From the NCBI GenBank assembly GCA_951406725.2, contig OX597830.1:4030001-4094000 (forward strand): DNA of 64,000 bases. Direction: 5' to 3'. Shown one piece after another: positions 25,128-38,957 of this stretch. The notes beneath the pieces are model-generated. The model was not told where the DNA came from. It ran no database searches and worked only from the letters and a program-made list of their open reading frames with translations. Each line of letters begins with the position of its first letter. Position 1 is the stretch's first letter. The DNA is from Octopus vulgaris (taxonomy: Eukaryota). The translations under genes were made by a program, and so were the position numbers.

Positions 25128-26833
25128 ATATGCATGCGTGCATGTGAAGAGAAACAGAGAGAGAGAGAGATATACACTTACTGAAATTTGATATCAAATT
25201 GTTGGCATTTAAATTTAATTATTTCTGCTAGTAAACATGTTTTAGTCTTTTTAAAGAAATTTTTGGGTCTTCTTTTTTTGTTTTTCCAAACTGGAACTTA
25301 CAAACTATTTTCTAAGTTCCAGTGGATGTCACTTGCTGATCCTTTCCATCAGGTTTGACAAATTTAACTTTGATTCTTATTATTCTTGCAAGAACCAAAC
25401 TGGAAGTGGTGAATGCCATATTTCTAAGAATATAGCTTTCCTTCCTCCTAGCTACTTGCATTGACAATGTCATCAGTGGTAGATTATTTTCAGAATTTCT
25501 TTTAGAAAACAGACAATCAAATTCAAAGAGAATTTCTAAATGGAGGAAATAAACATTTTTCAACCAACCAACACCCATAAACATTTATTCCTGTTATCTA
25601 CCATGCAATGTCCTAAATTTGGCTGCTGTCACATTGAAAAGATTTCACTTTTCAACTTTTCCTTATGTTCACCGAACCTATTTTTAAAACACTTAGAATG
25701 CCTTTAGACAGATTTTTTTTATTATGCTTCTTCATGTTGATTTTATTTTTATTTTCACCAACTTGTCTACATGTTTATTTATTCATCTTTCCATTTTTGC
25801 TTTCATTTCCCATTTTATCAATAGGAGTGTTAAAAATAATTCTTTGAGTTAATTTGATAAGATTTTCTAAGGTGTATAAAAGAAGGGATAAAAAATAAGA
25901 ACAACATTGTTCAAATTAGACCTATCATTAGGCTGTTGATCAATACTGCCTTGCAGTTTCCTCTCTTTTATTCTGTGAGCAACATTGGATGTTGGTTGTT
26001 TTAAAACGTCTGTCAAGCTAAAAAATATCTGAAGGCATCATAAATATACAATTTACAAAGCAAAAGTGAGTTATTCCTTTCTAACCATAGCTATGGAAAC
26101 AACAGTAACAATAATAGTGATGGCTATAACATTTTCAAACAATAACAACTACAACAATTCTACATGTTTTAATAAAAGTGATAAAAAATGTCTACAAGAT
26201 TCTTTTCCCGATTTTATTCATATGGACTTTGTCTGTCAGTCATTTTACCAATAATTTATACATTATCTTAGGCATTAGATAATCAATATCATGTTATCTC
26301 TCATTAATTTCTTTGTTCCAAATACTATATCTTGACTATGAATTCAACTTTTCTAAAATATAACAACAGAATCACATTTTGATATCTATAGTTGTCAAAA
26401 TTTATGGATTTTTTCTAATGAGTTAGTCTTGTTAAAACTTCCATGTTATCATTCATCATCTCTCATGGAATAACAAATGTCTTTATTTTTTTACTTCACA
26501 TTTTATTGTTTTATGGAAAATGAGAACAGTTTGTTGGTGGTTTATTTAGTGATATAATTGTTTCAATGCAGATTATTTATCAGTTTTTATCTAACAATGC
26601 TCAGGCTTTTGCAACAACAACAACAGCACACACACACACACATTCTGAGATAATGATAGTTGTTCAGTTTTGATAGGATTTTCCTTGAAACAATCTTACA
26701 TTTGGTAAGTTAGTGTTTGCATGTTTTAATGTATGGATTATGAAGAAAGCTGAATGGAAATAAATATTATGAGGAAAAAAAATCAGTATTATTTAATGGC
26801 TAGTATTATTTTCATCACTGGCAAGTATGGGAA

Positions 26834-26881
26834 ATAACCTAGGCATGTTTCTGCCTTGTCTTGACCTCATCAGCAAATCAT
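26834..26881 (-). ncRNA. Degenerate type I minimal hammerhead ribozyme motif
   Basis: atgatttg-CTGATGA-ggtcaagacaaggca-GAAAC-atgcc-taggttat; stem I pairs with G-U wobbles; stem II and the cleavage triplet are mutated. Confidence 0.4.
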
Positions 26882-27136
26882 AGCATTTCATGGCTCTTTC
26901 ATGCTGAGTTGTAATTTTAGAACCTTACTATTGTAGGTTATGAGTTGCTTGTTGCTCACTTGCTGGTTCACAACATTTATGATAGTAAGAGCATGAAGAG
27001 ATTGTCTGTGAAGTTTGGACCAGATAAATATTACAAGGGACTTCGCTTATAATCATCAGTGTCATTTCTCTCCCCAGTGTTTACATCTTTTACTAATATC
27101 AAAAACTGTCCACTCTCTCCCTCTCTTTCTCTCTCA

Positions 27137-27168
<32 letters not shown>

Positions 27169-27899
27169 TACGCACACATCAGACTTCCACACAGCTTCTC
27201 ACACCCAAATTCCTAAAAGCTAATCTAGGAGACACTTAACAAAAGTGCAATGCATTAGCATTGAACCCAGAGCCACCTCTTCAGTATTCTGCTATGCTTT
27301 CAATCCCATGAAGCTATGATTGTGATCAACAAAACTCTGTTAGCCCTTTATAAAATAGGCAAAGTGGGGCTACACACCAATTTTTAGGAACTTGAATGAC
27401 AGAGGATTTGAAATTAGGAGATCACAAAATTTTATTGAAACAAGTCAGAACCACAATAAAACCCATTGTCGCATGTAGTAGACTTGCCAGTTGTTTTCTA
27501 AATTGTCTCATTATTACACTGTTCTGATTATTAGCTCAGTTATGTAAGAAAAAAAGGGACTTTCAAAATGGAAATAGATTCAACTGTGTCTTCATGACCA
27601 TTTTTGATTCTCAGTTATGGCTATTTTACTTCATTAAGTTTGCAGCAAAAATCCATGAAGACATTGTGACTATCCCAATTGCACTTCACTTGGCCTATAA
27701 ATCTGGAGACTTGCCTTGTAGTTATTTAATGCCTGCATTATTGTAATATTTAGGATAAGTCATATCTCTTGTGTATGATAAGACATTTCTATCATCAGTT
27801 TTCATTGGATGAGAATTTTCTTGAAGAAACTATTTTAATATAATTGAATTTATCTGTTGTTTCCCTTTCAGTAGTGATGTGTTTGTTAAACCATAAATT

Positions 27900-28140
27900 G
27901 ATTTCAAATTTTGGCACAAGGCCAGCAAGTTCAGGGGAGGGGAGGCAGATCGATTGCAACCATTCCACTGAGTACAACTGGTCCTTTTTTTATTGATATT
28001 AAAAGGGTGAAAGACAAAGTAAACTTCAGTGAAATTTGAACTCAGAACCTAAAGACAGACAAAATGTTGCCAAGTGTTTGACCCATTGTGCTAACGATTC
28101 TGCTAATGATTGTACTAACGATTCTGCTAGATCATTGCCC
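27900..28140 (-). mobile_element. Family B SINE
   Basis: ggcacaaggccagcaa...gaaatttgaactcagaa...ctaacgattctgc. Confidence 0.75.
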
Positions 28141-31100
28141 TGCTGAAACCAAACATTATAAATAAAAATGAGTCAATAGAAATTGTACAGAAGGCTGATT
28201 GGTGGATTGTATCTGTGTTTCAATAGGGTTCGTGTGTCACTTTGGTTCTGTCTGAGAATTATGTCAAAGACACATTCATCTGTGAAATACTCAGTCACCT
28301 GCATTTTAATTCGGAAGCTAAGTCAGTGGACCAAACAACTGAATCCTCGTAGTTGAATGATGGAGCACCACCACCACCACCACCACCACCATCATCATCA
28401 CCATATCATGTCTGTTGAACAAATGTTCATATTTTCTAAACTCTGTTTTTCCTTCTTTTGTATGCATGAGTGTATGTGCATGGGGGTGGGGTTATAACCA
28501 AAATCAATGTCTAAGAAAATAAAGCATAAAAAAGAGTGTCTAGTGAGAATTGAACTGTTATTTCCTTTGTTGATGCCTTGATATAATTACTGTTGAACAA
28601 GAAAGTCCCTGACACATACTAGACATTACACTAATACTTTTTAATCAGGGAATCTGTAATCACTTTTAGATTCTTGGCAAGCTAATTTATGCATTTGTTT
28701 GTTTTGATTCTGTCTTCTGATTTTATGGCAGCTTGTTGTAGCTAAACCTCTTTTCCTTGTTATTCTGACACTAAATGTAGTGACCTTTTCTTAATTCCTT
28801 CAGAGCTTTCTTAAAGAATTCAAATACCAGCCATCAACAGACACATTCTTAAAAACAATTACAGACTTTTCTGTGTAGGGATATAAAGATTGTTTATATG
28901 ATGATTGAGGGATTACAATATACTAGTAATTATTGTGAGCAATCAACAAACAAGATGATGTTTAATTCTCATTAGACAATCAGTTTTTGTCGGATTTTAC
29001 TGGGGCGTTGTATGTTTACTCTTAAACCCTGTTTAAAAGGTACCAACACATTTTGATATAAGTATGTTTTTTTATTAATATTTTCATTTTAAAGGATATC
29101 CGCATTGACTGTTTATGACCATGGCTGATATTTATGTGTGTGTGTGTGAGAGAGAGAGAGAAAGACAGACAGACAGGCAGGCAAGCAGGCAGGAAGAGAA
29201 ACAATTTAGTTTGACATGACTCTTGTCAAACTAAATCAATGGGTTAATTTACTTCTCTGTAAGGATTACTTGTATGTATTTTTTTTTATGTTCTGGTGAA
29301 AGATCTACTCTTTATAACTTCCCAACTGGATGATGGGAATGTTTGTGTGAAAGTACAATCAATACAAACAGACCTGCTACAAAGAGCAGCTAAATTTCTC
29401 TCCAATTGCACCCTTAAAGATGAAGGGGACATATTGTATAAATAGATTTCTGGATGTTTAAGGATGGACAGATTTGTTATAGAGCCCCATTGAGCACAGG
29501 TCTGCTCAGTAAAGACTGATCTGGAGCTAAGCATAAGAAAACACAAATATTTATATACACTATATTACGATCACAAGTTTTTGGGTTGTACAAGCACCAT
29601 TTAATACTTTTTTTTATCTCAAAGTATATTTTACATTGATAACCCTGATGCAAGGGTTGTCATGAGGTTAAAAACTTTGCTTTGCAGCAAGATCTGGTTT
29701 CAGTCCCACTGTACAGCACCGTAACCTCACCTCAATGAATGAAATTTGGTTGAAGGAAACTATTTAAAAGTCAGTCAGAGGAATTTTTCATTTTCTTGAG
29801 TAACATGTGCTCTGCCATGTGCTTAATGCCACCACTTCACCTTCAAGAGCCTTTATTAGTGGCTACTCTGCAACTAGCATTTAGGCCAAATTTCTAGCCT
29901 GGTCTGAATATAACTTTCTCCTTCCCCCCCTCCCTTCTTCACTCAAGTCTCTGAGCCTCTAGGTGATGGATTTTATGTTTCCAAGAAAGATTAATTTATT
30001 AAAGCCAAATCTCATTACATTCCATGGTAATCTACATAATCTAAAGACCCTAAAATGTGTGTGTTTGAATTGAATAGATAAGAGAAGGGAACTTAGAGAA
30101 TAGTTGGTCATTAATTTACAACTGTTTCCCCATCATGTCATTTGTATAATAGATATTACATCATCGTTCACACAAATAAACCTATAAATATGTCTGAGAC
30201 ATTATAATGTTAATAACAAGACATCACTTACTGATCTTTCAATTTAGAACCCTGTACTTTATAAATCTGGGCCTTTTTAGCTCTCATATACTTGTATGTG
30301 TATGTGTGTGCAGATGTAGTTTAATGCAACCATCATCATTTAATTGAAAAAAAAAAGGATGTTAAATTATGACGATGATGATGATGATGCAAGAATATAG
30401 AGAATATAATGCAAGAATATTAGAGAATATAATGATTAGGGAAGAAATAGTTTATGGGGATAACTGGTGGTTGTGTGTCTGCCAAAATAATACAGGAAAG
30501 TTTTTGAGTTGGGTAAATTCATTTAGCAAGGGGAGAAAGAATATTTGACATTTCAGCAGAAAAAAAAATGTTCCTTTTCTCAAATGATACAACAGCTTAA
30601 AAATGTCAAATTCCTCTCCTCTTCTAATAATATACAAACTTATCTTGACTCCTATATACTTCACAGAATTCTTATTAGTTTTGTTTTCCCTTTATTAAGT
30701 GTGTTGTGCATGTGTGTGAGTATGTGTCATAATCATTATGTATATATTATTTTATACCCAGTTTCCCTGTTCACACGATGGGACAAGGTTACCACAGTCA
30801 GAATTAGCACATATTTGAGTGGGGGACTTCTCACCTCAATATTTCAATCAGATGTTTCATTATTGATTTGATTTCTATGAGTGTGTGTGTGTGTAGACAG
30901 GCAGATAGCTAGATATCATTTAATGTGCACAGTATTTTAAATATGACCTAATAGTTTCATGCCATGGTGTCACAATAATTCAGCTGATTACAGAAAAGGC
31001 TTTCAAGATCACTGCTCATGGTTAGTCCCAGCCTGTACGATTGCTTGGAGACACAAGGCACATTGTAGAAATCTGCCCAATTATTGTCTCCATGGCATGA

Positions 31101-31196
31101 GACTATTAGTAATTTGTATCTGTGTACTTTAAATGGCATTTACCTCTTTTTTGTTTTGTTTATATATTTGCACAACAAATATATAAACGTAATATA

Positions 31197-31265
<69 letters not shown>

Positions 31266-31290
31266 TATTATTATTATTATTATTAATAAT
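31197..31290. repeat. (ATT)n microsatellite
   Basis: Directly visible; source of the poly-I/poly-N ORFs. Confidence 0.95.
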
Positions 31291-32836
31291 ATAATAAAGG
31301 TGACTAGACACAATATAAAACCAAAAAGGAAAACTTTAATTGTCACTAACAATGTCACCTACATTGCTAGAAATGAGACTCAAAGACCCTTATAGCCACA
31401 AACATAACGCTAGTCTATGTACTGACAGGGCAGTTTACCACTGCTTATCTACACTGACACGTATGTGTATTACGTAGTATCGTTTTTATGAGGATAATGA
31501 ATCTTAACTTTCACTTGTTTTCATCTCTTAGAGATTTAGTAAAACTTGTTGTTAGAAGAAATCATGAAGTTTGTGTTTTTAAGCAAATTTCTTAAACTCC
31601 ATTAAAATGACCTATTATTGAATCATAATGTAAATTTCCAGCATCATTTTGTATCAAAAACTTATGTAACCAACAATTTACTGATGGTGGAATTTTTACA
31701 GTCTGTGTATTTTAGTAATTTCTAGAACATTGTGAAAGAAGTTATCATAGGTGAAGTGGTGTCTTACAAAGGCAATTATCTTCTTTTTCTTTTTTTTTGT
31801 TGTTCTAAAAAAAAGTAGCATTCACAGCTTCAAATAATTGTTTACAATAGTGTTCTTAGTTAGAGAAGCAGTTATGGTAACTTGAAGTAGGTGCTGACAT
31901 AACATGTGAATATTTCATTAAATGGTATGTTTTATGGCACCTAGAGGAATGGTTACAGAAAATGTCATCAATTACAAGCAAGCTGAAACGATGGTAAATT
32001 TGGCATCAAACGAGCTACATAATTAGATATCTAAATATTTGAAATGATTTGTGGTTAATAAGGCTATGATTTTTCAGACTACTAACCTCATTGTTAGAGA
32101 TAAAATATTTCCCAATTTTTACTGTTATAGTGTATTTGAATTTGTTTGATCTCCAGTCATCGTCGATTATTTTGCTCCTAGATGTTTAAATAGATCTGGT
32201 TTGAAACCCAACAAGATCATTTATATGCCAGTGACCAAAAAAAAAGAAAAGAAAGAAAAGAAAATATATATATATAAATATTTAATTAGTTCCTGAATAA
32301 AGGATCCTAATTTAAGTCTAGTCTGAGTCTATGAACAAATTCAGGAATATGACAAACTGATGAGAAATCAAACTGATCAAAATATGGTGAACATATAAAT
32401 ATTGAACAGTTTTCCCATCCCTAAGGATGAAGTAAAAGTCTGAAATATTAAAATAATCATATTAAGCTATCTTAATGCCATTCCCAAATATTAACACCTT
32501 TTATAATAATTTTATTCATGAAGAGGTAAGTATTCAATTAATGACAATAATATATTCATCCTTAACACTTTCCAGCAGATTTAAATATGATTGTTAATCA
32601 CTGGTGTATTACATGTTTGGAGAGCAACTCCTCCCTTCAAAAGATGTGCGCTGACATCACCTCAGTTTAGTGATGTAAGGATTACTCTGAGACACCAATG
32701 TTTCAAAACCATTATATTTCTTCAATGAAAACTAACCTCATATCTCTGAATCAAAATTTGAATATTTACATTCAAATTGTTTTGATTCACACTGCTTTAT
32801 GTGTTCATCATAATTTAGTATTAAAGTAATACATAT

Positions 32837-33125
32837 GCCCACAGGCATATGGCATAGTGGTTAAGAGCACAAGCTACTAACCCCAAGATTCCGAGTTCGA
32901 TTCCAGGCAGTGACCTGAATAATAACAACAATAACAATAACAACATGCAAAAATACCTTAGGAATGAGAACCCAGATTCGAAATTTCCCCAAGACACCTG
33001 ATGAAGGCAGGAGGGTATGTCAGCCGAAACATTCTGTTAACAACAAACAAGATGAGGACAAATATCCATCAAATGTAAATAATTTAAATAATGTACATAA
33101 TTCCTCATCTCTTAAATATAGGACT
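32837..33125 (+). mobile_element. tRNA-headed SINE carrying a hammerhead-ribozyme motif, flanked by direct repeats
   Basis: A box TGGCATAGTGG 32850-32860, B box gagttcgattcc 32893-32904, CTGATGA 32998-33004 ... GAAAC 33026-33030; gtaatacatat at 32826-32836 and 33126-33136. Confidence 0.8.
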
Positions 33126-34737
33126 GTAATACATATATATGTATATGTGTGTGTGTGTGTATGTATGTATCTATATATGTTGTTACATTATATTTTTATT
33201 ATTATTATATATACACACATATACATACATACACACACACATATGTTCATATGCTACCTTTATTAGTAGAAGACAAAGCTATTGACATTTCTACATTGAG
33301 ATGGATTGGATGAAACTGATAATAAACAATCGTGTTCCATGGACCAATAATGTCTCAGTATTGATAAATCACATCTATTAAATTCATGTAGAAGTTGTTC
33401 TGTCTTTATTATGAAGAAGTCCTGAAATAATTCTTGCTTCAAATACAGAAAATAAAAGTAATTTACTACAAGTTAGGTCTATGGACAGTTGCTATTAAAA
33501 ATGAACAAAGTTCAGAATTACTCGCATTAAGTTCTACATTACCATTATTTTGTTTATTTATCAAGCAATACCATGTTTATACCTTCACACTTCCAGAGTT
33601 GTTTTTTTTTTTTACAAAGTTGTTTTCTCTTTTATATTTCTTTTTTATATTTTCTTGAAAATGGTAAGAATAAAAGTATAGGAAATAACATGTTTGTTTG
33701 AAAGTTAAGGTAAACAGCAGTAAATCTTAATGGCATCAAAATGTACATTTAACCAACAAATACTAATTTAGGATGGAAAAAAAATTCTCTCATTCTTTTC
33801 AGCTCATTTACAATTCTTCTATCTGTTTGTTTGTCTATTTCGTCATTCCCTCCCCCCCCTCTCTCTCTCTGTCACACACACACACACATGCATAATTACA
33901 TCAAAAGTCAAAATATATATGTTATTACAGCAAGCCAGGATTACACAATTGTGTATACACTATACATGTGTGTGTGTGTGTGTGTGTATGCCTATATATG
34001 TACGTGTATGTTTGTGTATATATATATATATGCAAACATGTTTATGTTACTGAGTAGTTCCCTTTGAACCTATGTGGTCTATATTTTAGGCCCACTGTGT
34101 GGCACCTTGAGGAAGTGTCTCTACTACACCTCCTGGCTAATCACCAACTTGTGAGTAAATTTGCCATATGAAAAAAAAAATGTGGAATCGTGTTGTATCA
34201 ACTATGACTGCAATGGTTTAAGAAGAACGGTTACATGGAAAACGGTCATCTTGGAAAGCAGACGTTAAACAATGATGATGATGTTCATGGCATCAGTTTC
34301 ACCTAACACATGGAAAGCAGGCACAAAATAGAGATGATGATGGATGATGGTAATACATGCATAACCATCTAGCTATCTACCTATCTTTCTCTCTCTCTCT
34401 CTCTCCCTACACACACGCACACACATATATGTAGATGGATAGATGGATGGATGGATATTTGTGGCTTCAGAGATAACACACCCGGGCTGTGTACAGTGGG
34501 ATAAAAATAAACAGATGAATATATTTCCTTGTCAATATCTGGTAACAAAGACAAACACTGCTGAGAGGAACATAGTTCCAAATAATCTCTCCATTCGCTG
34601 CTTCATTATAATATGTTTGTGACAACCATTTCACTTCATGTATATTACCTCATGCCCTTTGGGAGCTGCACAAACAAACCAATATCCTATCTTCCATCTC
34701 TAATATCAAAGCACATTCATACAAATATCTGTGTGTG

Positions 34738-34779
<42 letters not shown>

Positions 34780-35459
34780 ATACAGAATATATCCTTAATT
34801 GTTTTTTAGAAGTAATTTATATTTCATTTCTTTTTCAGAAAATATCCTTTTAGTTTAAATTTTTGTGACCTGCCTGTTTTTAATTTCTAATACACCAAAA
34901 TAGTAGCAACAGCAGCTAAAACTGCAATGAAAAGAATATGGATAAAAAATATGACATTCAGTTATTAATATTCAAAAATTCATTCTGGATCAGGGGCAAC
35001 TTCAGGTCATTTTCAGTAAACATAATAATTCTGTACTGTGAGATATTAAACTTCTGATGTTCTTCACATGTTTTGCCCCTTTAAAATAGCTTCTGGACAA
35101 CACAACTCCCAAACTGATGTAATGTTTTATGCAAAAATAATTTTGTTTTTCATTCTTTACATTCTGAGTTCATCTTTTAGGGACTCGGTAAAATGAGTAT
35201 AACAGTTGAGTACTGACTTCGCTGTAAATGACTTTCTCCCTGCCCTAAATTTCTGGCCTTGTGCCTGCAGTAGAAAGGATTATCATTGTTGTTATTATTA
35301 TATGTTTGACTTTTGCTTTGTATTTGTATTAGTGGATTTCAAGTCTCACTCAGGGACCTCATGAGACAACAAGTTAGACGTTCAAGTTGGTGTTATGGCT
35401 AGGGTGCCATATATTTGGTTTTGCACAAAGTATTGTTATTATTATTATTATTATTATCA

Positions 35460-35830
35460 TATGGAAACTCACAGCTTATTTTGCTGGTTATGATGGAAAG
35501 TGTCAGCTGTCCAAAGCCAGCAGACTAAGGTGACACTTGTTTATTGGTCATGCTCCAAGAACCCTGCCAAGAATTCTTGCAGTTCCAAGCAATGCTTTTT
35601 TTTTGTAGGTGTCCTACCTTCACACTTGCACTGATCTTTTTCAGCCATGTTAGTAGTTGAGTACTGGTACTCCCAACTGCACTAATTACCATTGGTATCA
35701 CATCTACTCTTCTCATTGAACACAACCTTCTTATTTCCCACTTCAAATCGTCAGAGTTGTTTATTTTTTCTTCTTCTTTCACATCGATCCTGTTGTCAGT
35801 GGGACATGCTATGTCGATAATCATACATGT
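35460..35830 (-). mobile_element. R4/Dong-clade LINE 3' end (restriction-like endonuclease C-terminus)
   Basis: IIDIACPTDNRIDVKEEEKINNSDDLKWEIRRLCSMRRVDVIPMVISAVGS; (TTA)n arrays on both sides. Confidence 0.85.
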
Positions 35831-35867
35831 TCTTTATTATTATCATTATTATTATTATCATTATTAT

Positions 35868-36082
35868 TGAGGTGGCCAGCTAGCAGAATCATTAGCATGC
35901 TGGACGAAATGCTTAGTGGCATTTCAGCTTCGCTATGTTCTGAGTTCAAATTCCACCAAGGTTGACTTTACCTTTCATCCTTTTGGGGTCAATTAAATAA
36001 GTACCAGTTACGCACAGGGGTCGATGTAATCGACTTAATCCCTTCCCCTTAATTTGAGGCCTTGTGCTTCCAATAGAAAGGA
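35868..36082 (+). mobile_element. Family B SINE (full length)
   Basis: tagcagaatcattagc head, gagttcaaattcc B box, central ctttcatccttttggggtcaattaaataagtaccag block. Confidence 0.85.
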
Positions 36083-37179
36083 TTATTATTATTATCATTC
36101 AGTACAGTATAATCTTCATTTGTTAAGGTGTTACTTCCAAAGCTTTTATCAAACTTTGTTTCATTCCTCAATTCTTTCAACCATTTTTCTCAAGAATACG
36201 TTGCTACTTTTATGTTAGTTTCAAGTTTCACACTAATTCAAACCTTAAGTACACTTTCTTCATTTTATTAAGACTGACTGGCAATAAAACTGCTTCCTTC
36301 CAGGAACAAAATACCCAGGGGAATAAATATACCTTAAGCATGTTCATACTTTAACGAATTTCTAAATGTCCATCTGGTCCCAGTTTATGGTATCAGGAAA
36401 ATTCTTTGATATAGGAATGGTAGGGATTTATTTACCTGCTTTTATCTCTAGAAAGCGAAATGATACAATAGAAGTTGTGAAAAGAATGGGATATATTAAC
36501 CTCTCAACAGAGATTTAGTTGTGTGTGTGTGTGTGTGTGTGTGTGTGCACTTACATGGTATTATGTGTTTTCATGTGTATGTGCTTATATGTGCTTGTTA
36601 TGAGTGTGTATGAGAGAGAGGAAGAGACATTTTCAGATGGTTTTCAGTAAACATACCAATCCTAGTTGCATTTTATATTATCAAATTTTCTGGTGTTCTT
36701 CGCTTCTTTGTAAAACTAAAATTTCTATTTAAATTATTAATTTCTAAGAATATTGTGATAATTTGTTTGGTTTTTTTTTTCCTATCTTTTACTAGAAAAT
36801 GATATATTTAAAATGAAACAGATATCTTACCATGTTGAAGTATCACTACAAGACAGCATAAGAAGTACTGCATAAACATCTAAGAGAAAAAAAAGTTCTC
36901 AGTAAATTGGAAGCTTAGAATTTCAGATGCATTAAATATGTTTTCTTTAGAACTCAGTCTGTCCTTAATGCAGAGAATCTGAAGAACTATAAACACATAT
37001 CCATTCTATAACATAACACCTTTGCTTAGGAGAGCAGCAAAGATAGAAGAATGTTCAAAACTTATTTAATTATTTATAAGTGTTAATAATATTTATGATT
37101 CTGTATTAATCATAATAAAAAATTTAATATGTAATTAGTGACTAAAGTAGTGTGCAGACAAAGCCATTAACAGCACTTC

Positions 37180-37530
37180 ACCCATCATTACGTAGAGAGT
37201 TCAAATTCTGACTTAGTCTTTCATCTTTTCAGGGTTAAAAAAATAGGTACCAGTCTTGTACTGGGGTTGTTGTAATCAGCCAGTTGAGAGGTTGGGGTTA
37301 GTGTAACATTTTTTTTTTATGTAGCCAAAAGGTGGCAAGCTGGCAGAATTGTTACCACACTGGATGAAATGCTTAGCAGTATTTCGCCCATTGTTACGAT
37401 CTGAGTTCAAATTTTGCCACGGTCAGCTTTGCCTTTCATCCTTTCTGGGTCGATAAATTAAGTACCAGTGAAATATTGCGGTCAGTGTAATCGACTAGAC
37501 TCCTTTCCCAAACTTCAGGCCTTATACCTA
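37180..37530 (+). mobile_element. Family B SINEs (one partial, one near full)
   Basis: gctggcagaatt...gagttcaaatt...gcctttcatcctttctgggtcgataaattaagtaccag. Confidence 0.8.
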
Positions 37531-38334
37531 TAACTGTTTTATGCATCCCAACTGTCATTACAAAAGTGTTGTTATTGTGTTCTTAAGATTTCTCTTTTCT
37601 ATAGTTATAACATTTGATGTGAATGGTAATTTTGATTAATTTTGTAGTATAAATTGCAATAGAATTATGGTTTGGGTCTGACAAGGCAGTGGCTTTGAGG
37701 CTCCTGTTGTGTAAAACACCATTATTAGCTGACAGTAATATGTGGGGCTGGAGTTCAAGTACTTCTTTTCTCATTAGTAACAGTAGCAACAGAGATAGGT
37801 ATTTCACATATTGTATCCCTTGGTGACATTTATGAACACAGGTGTAACTGAGTGGTTAAGAAGTCTTACTTTGCAATGATGATCCCACAGAGAACTTGAA
37901 CCACTACTTTCTACCATTGCTTTCATGTTTAGCCAAGCCTTTAGAGTGAAAGTGAGGAGATGGATATTGTGTGGAAGCCTATTTGAAGGATTGTACCTGT
38001 AATTTAAAGGTCCAGATTTTATTTCATGTTGATGCAGCTCCTGAATTACATTAAGGGTTTACTCAATTACTTACTCACTAATTCCATGAGTAGGCCATTT
38101 ACTTGACCAGGAAATGCTCATTGTCAAAAAGTAGCTGAATGTTTACCATCATGTGGTAAACAGAAAACAAAGTGGTTCTTCTTATAAATATTAATTCAGA
38201 TATGATTAACACACACACACACACACAGACCAATAAACATATACACAATGAGTAATAACTATAGAAATGTGACATAGTCACTTATAATAGCTGCCAACAC
38301 TCAGAAGGTCCCCTACTCTTCTCCACTTGTGTGG

Positions 38335-38957
38335 TTAACCCCTTAGCATTTAAACCAGTCGAATCTGGCCCAAAATGTTCTACTTTGTTTTATATGCAAA
38401 CTAGCAGTATCGCCCGGCGTTGCTCGGGTTTGTAAGGGAAATAACTATATAAGCATTTTTAGAGAGTTATAGGCAAAAAATAGCAAAAAAATGCATTAAA
38501 AATGGAAAACAAATGATGGTCAATTTTTTTTAAATCGTTGACTCATCGTAGACAGTTTTAGAGAGTTACTTCCCTTATATAATAGCGAAAAAATGCATTA
38601 AAATGGAAAAAAATGATGGTAAATTATTTTTAAAATCGTAGACTCATCGTAGATGCACTCTAATACCCAGAAGGGCTCGATATGAATCACGACTATAAGA
38701 TACCCGGTTTTGGTTAAACTGCACCGCAAAATGTGGGTGTAGTTAGGAATCTAAATCGTAGGAGACAGACACACAACCTTACTTTTATATATAAAGACTG
38801 GCCAGATCAGGCCTCTCACACCCATTTGATAATATCCTTCAAAACATAAATAATCACTTCATTGAAATCTCAAAGCTTAAAAAATAATGCATAATTATTT
38901 GAAAACAATGTGAAAGAATGAGTATTTGACTGAGTATTCTGAGTGCTGAAGGGTTAA
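38335..38957. mobile_element. piggyBac-type MITE interrupted by a Helitron
   Basis: ttaa-ccccttagcatt ... agtgctgaaggg-ttaa; internal similarity to 10762-10989 once 38401-38797 is removed. Confidence 0.75.
38401..38797 (-). mobile_element. Non-autonomous Helitron
   Basis: 5'-TCtttatatataaaag ... cccgagcaacgccggg hairpin ... CTAG-3'; no TSD. Confidence 0.85.

Noticed and set aside
25312-25584. 90-aa minus-strand ORF with nearby splice-like signals
   Set aside because: Stop codon before the donor and no recognisable homology.
31084-31395. Poly-Ile / poly-Asn ORFs (also 48936-49443)
   Set aside because: Stop-free frames of (ATT)n microsatellites.
32837-32915. tRNA gene (ACT anticodon-like loop, Thr/Ser-like)
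   Set aside because: Acceptor and anticodon stems are imperfect, no poly-T terminator, and it is part of a TSD-flanked repeat, so it is a SINE head.
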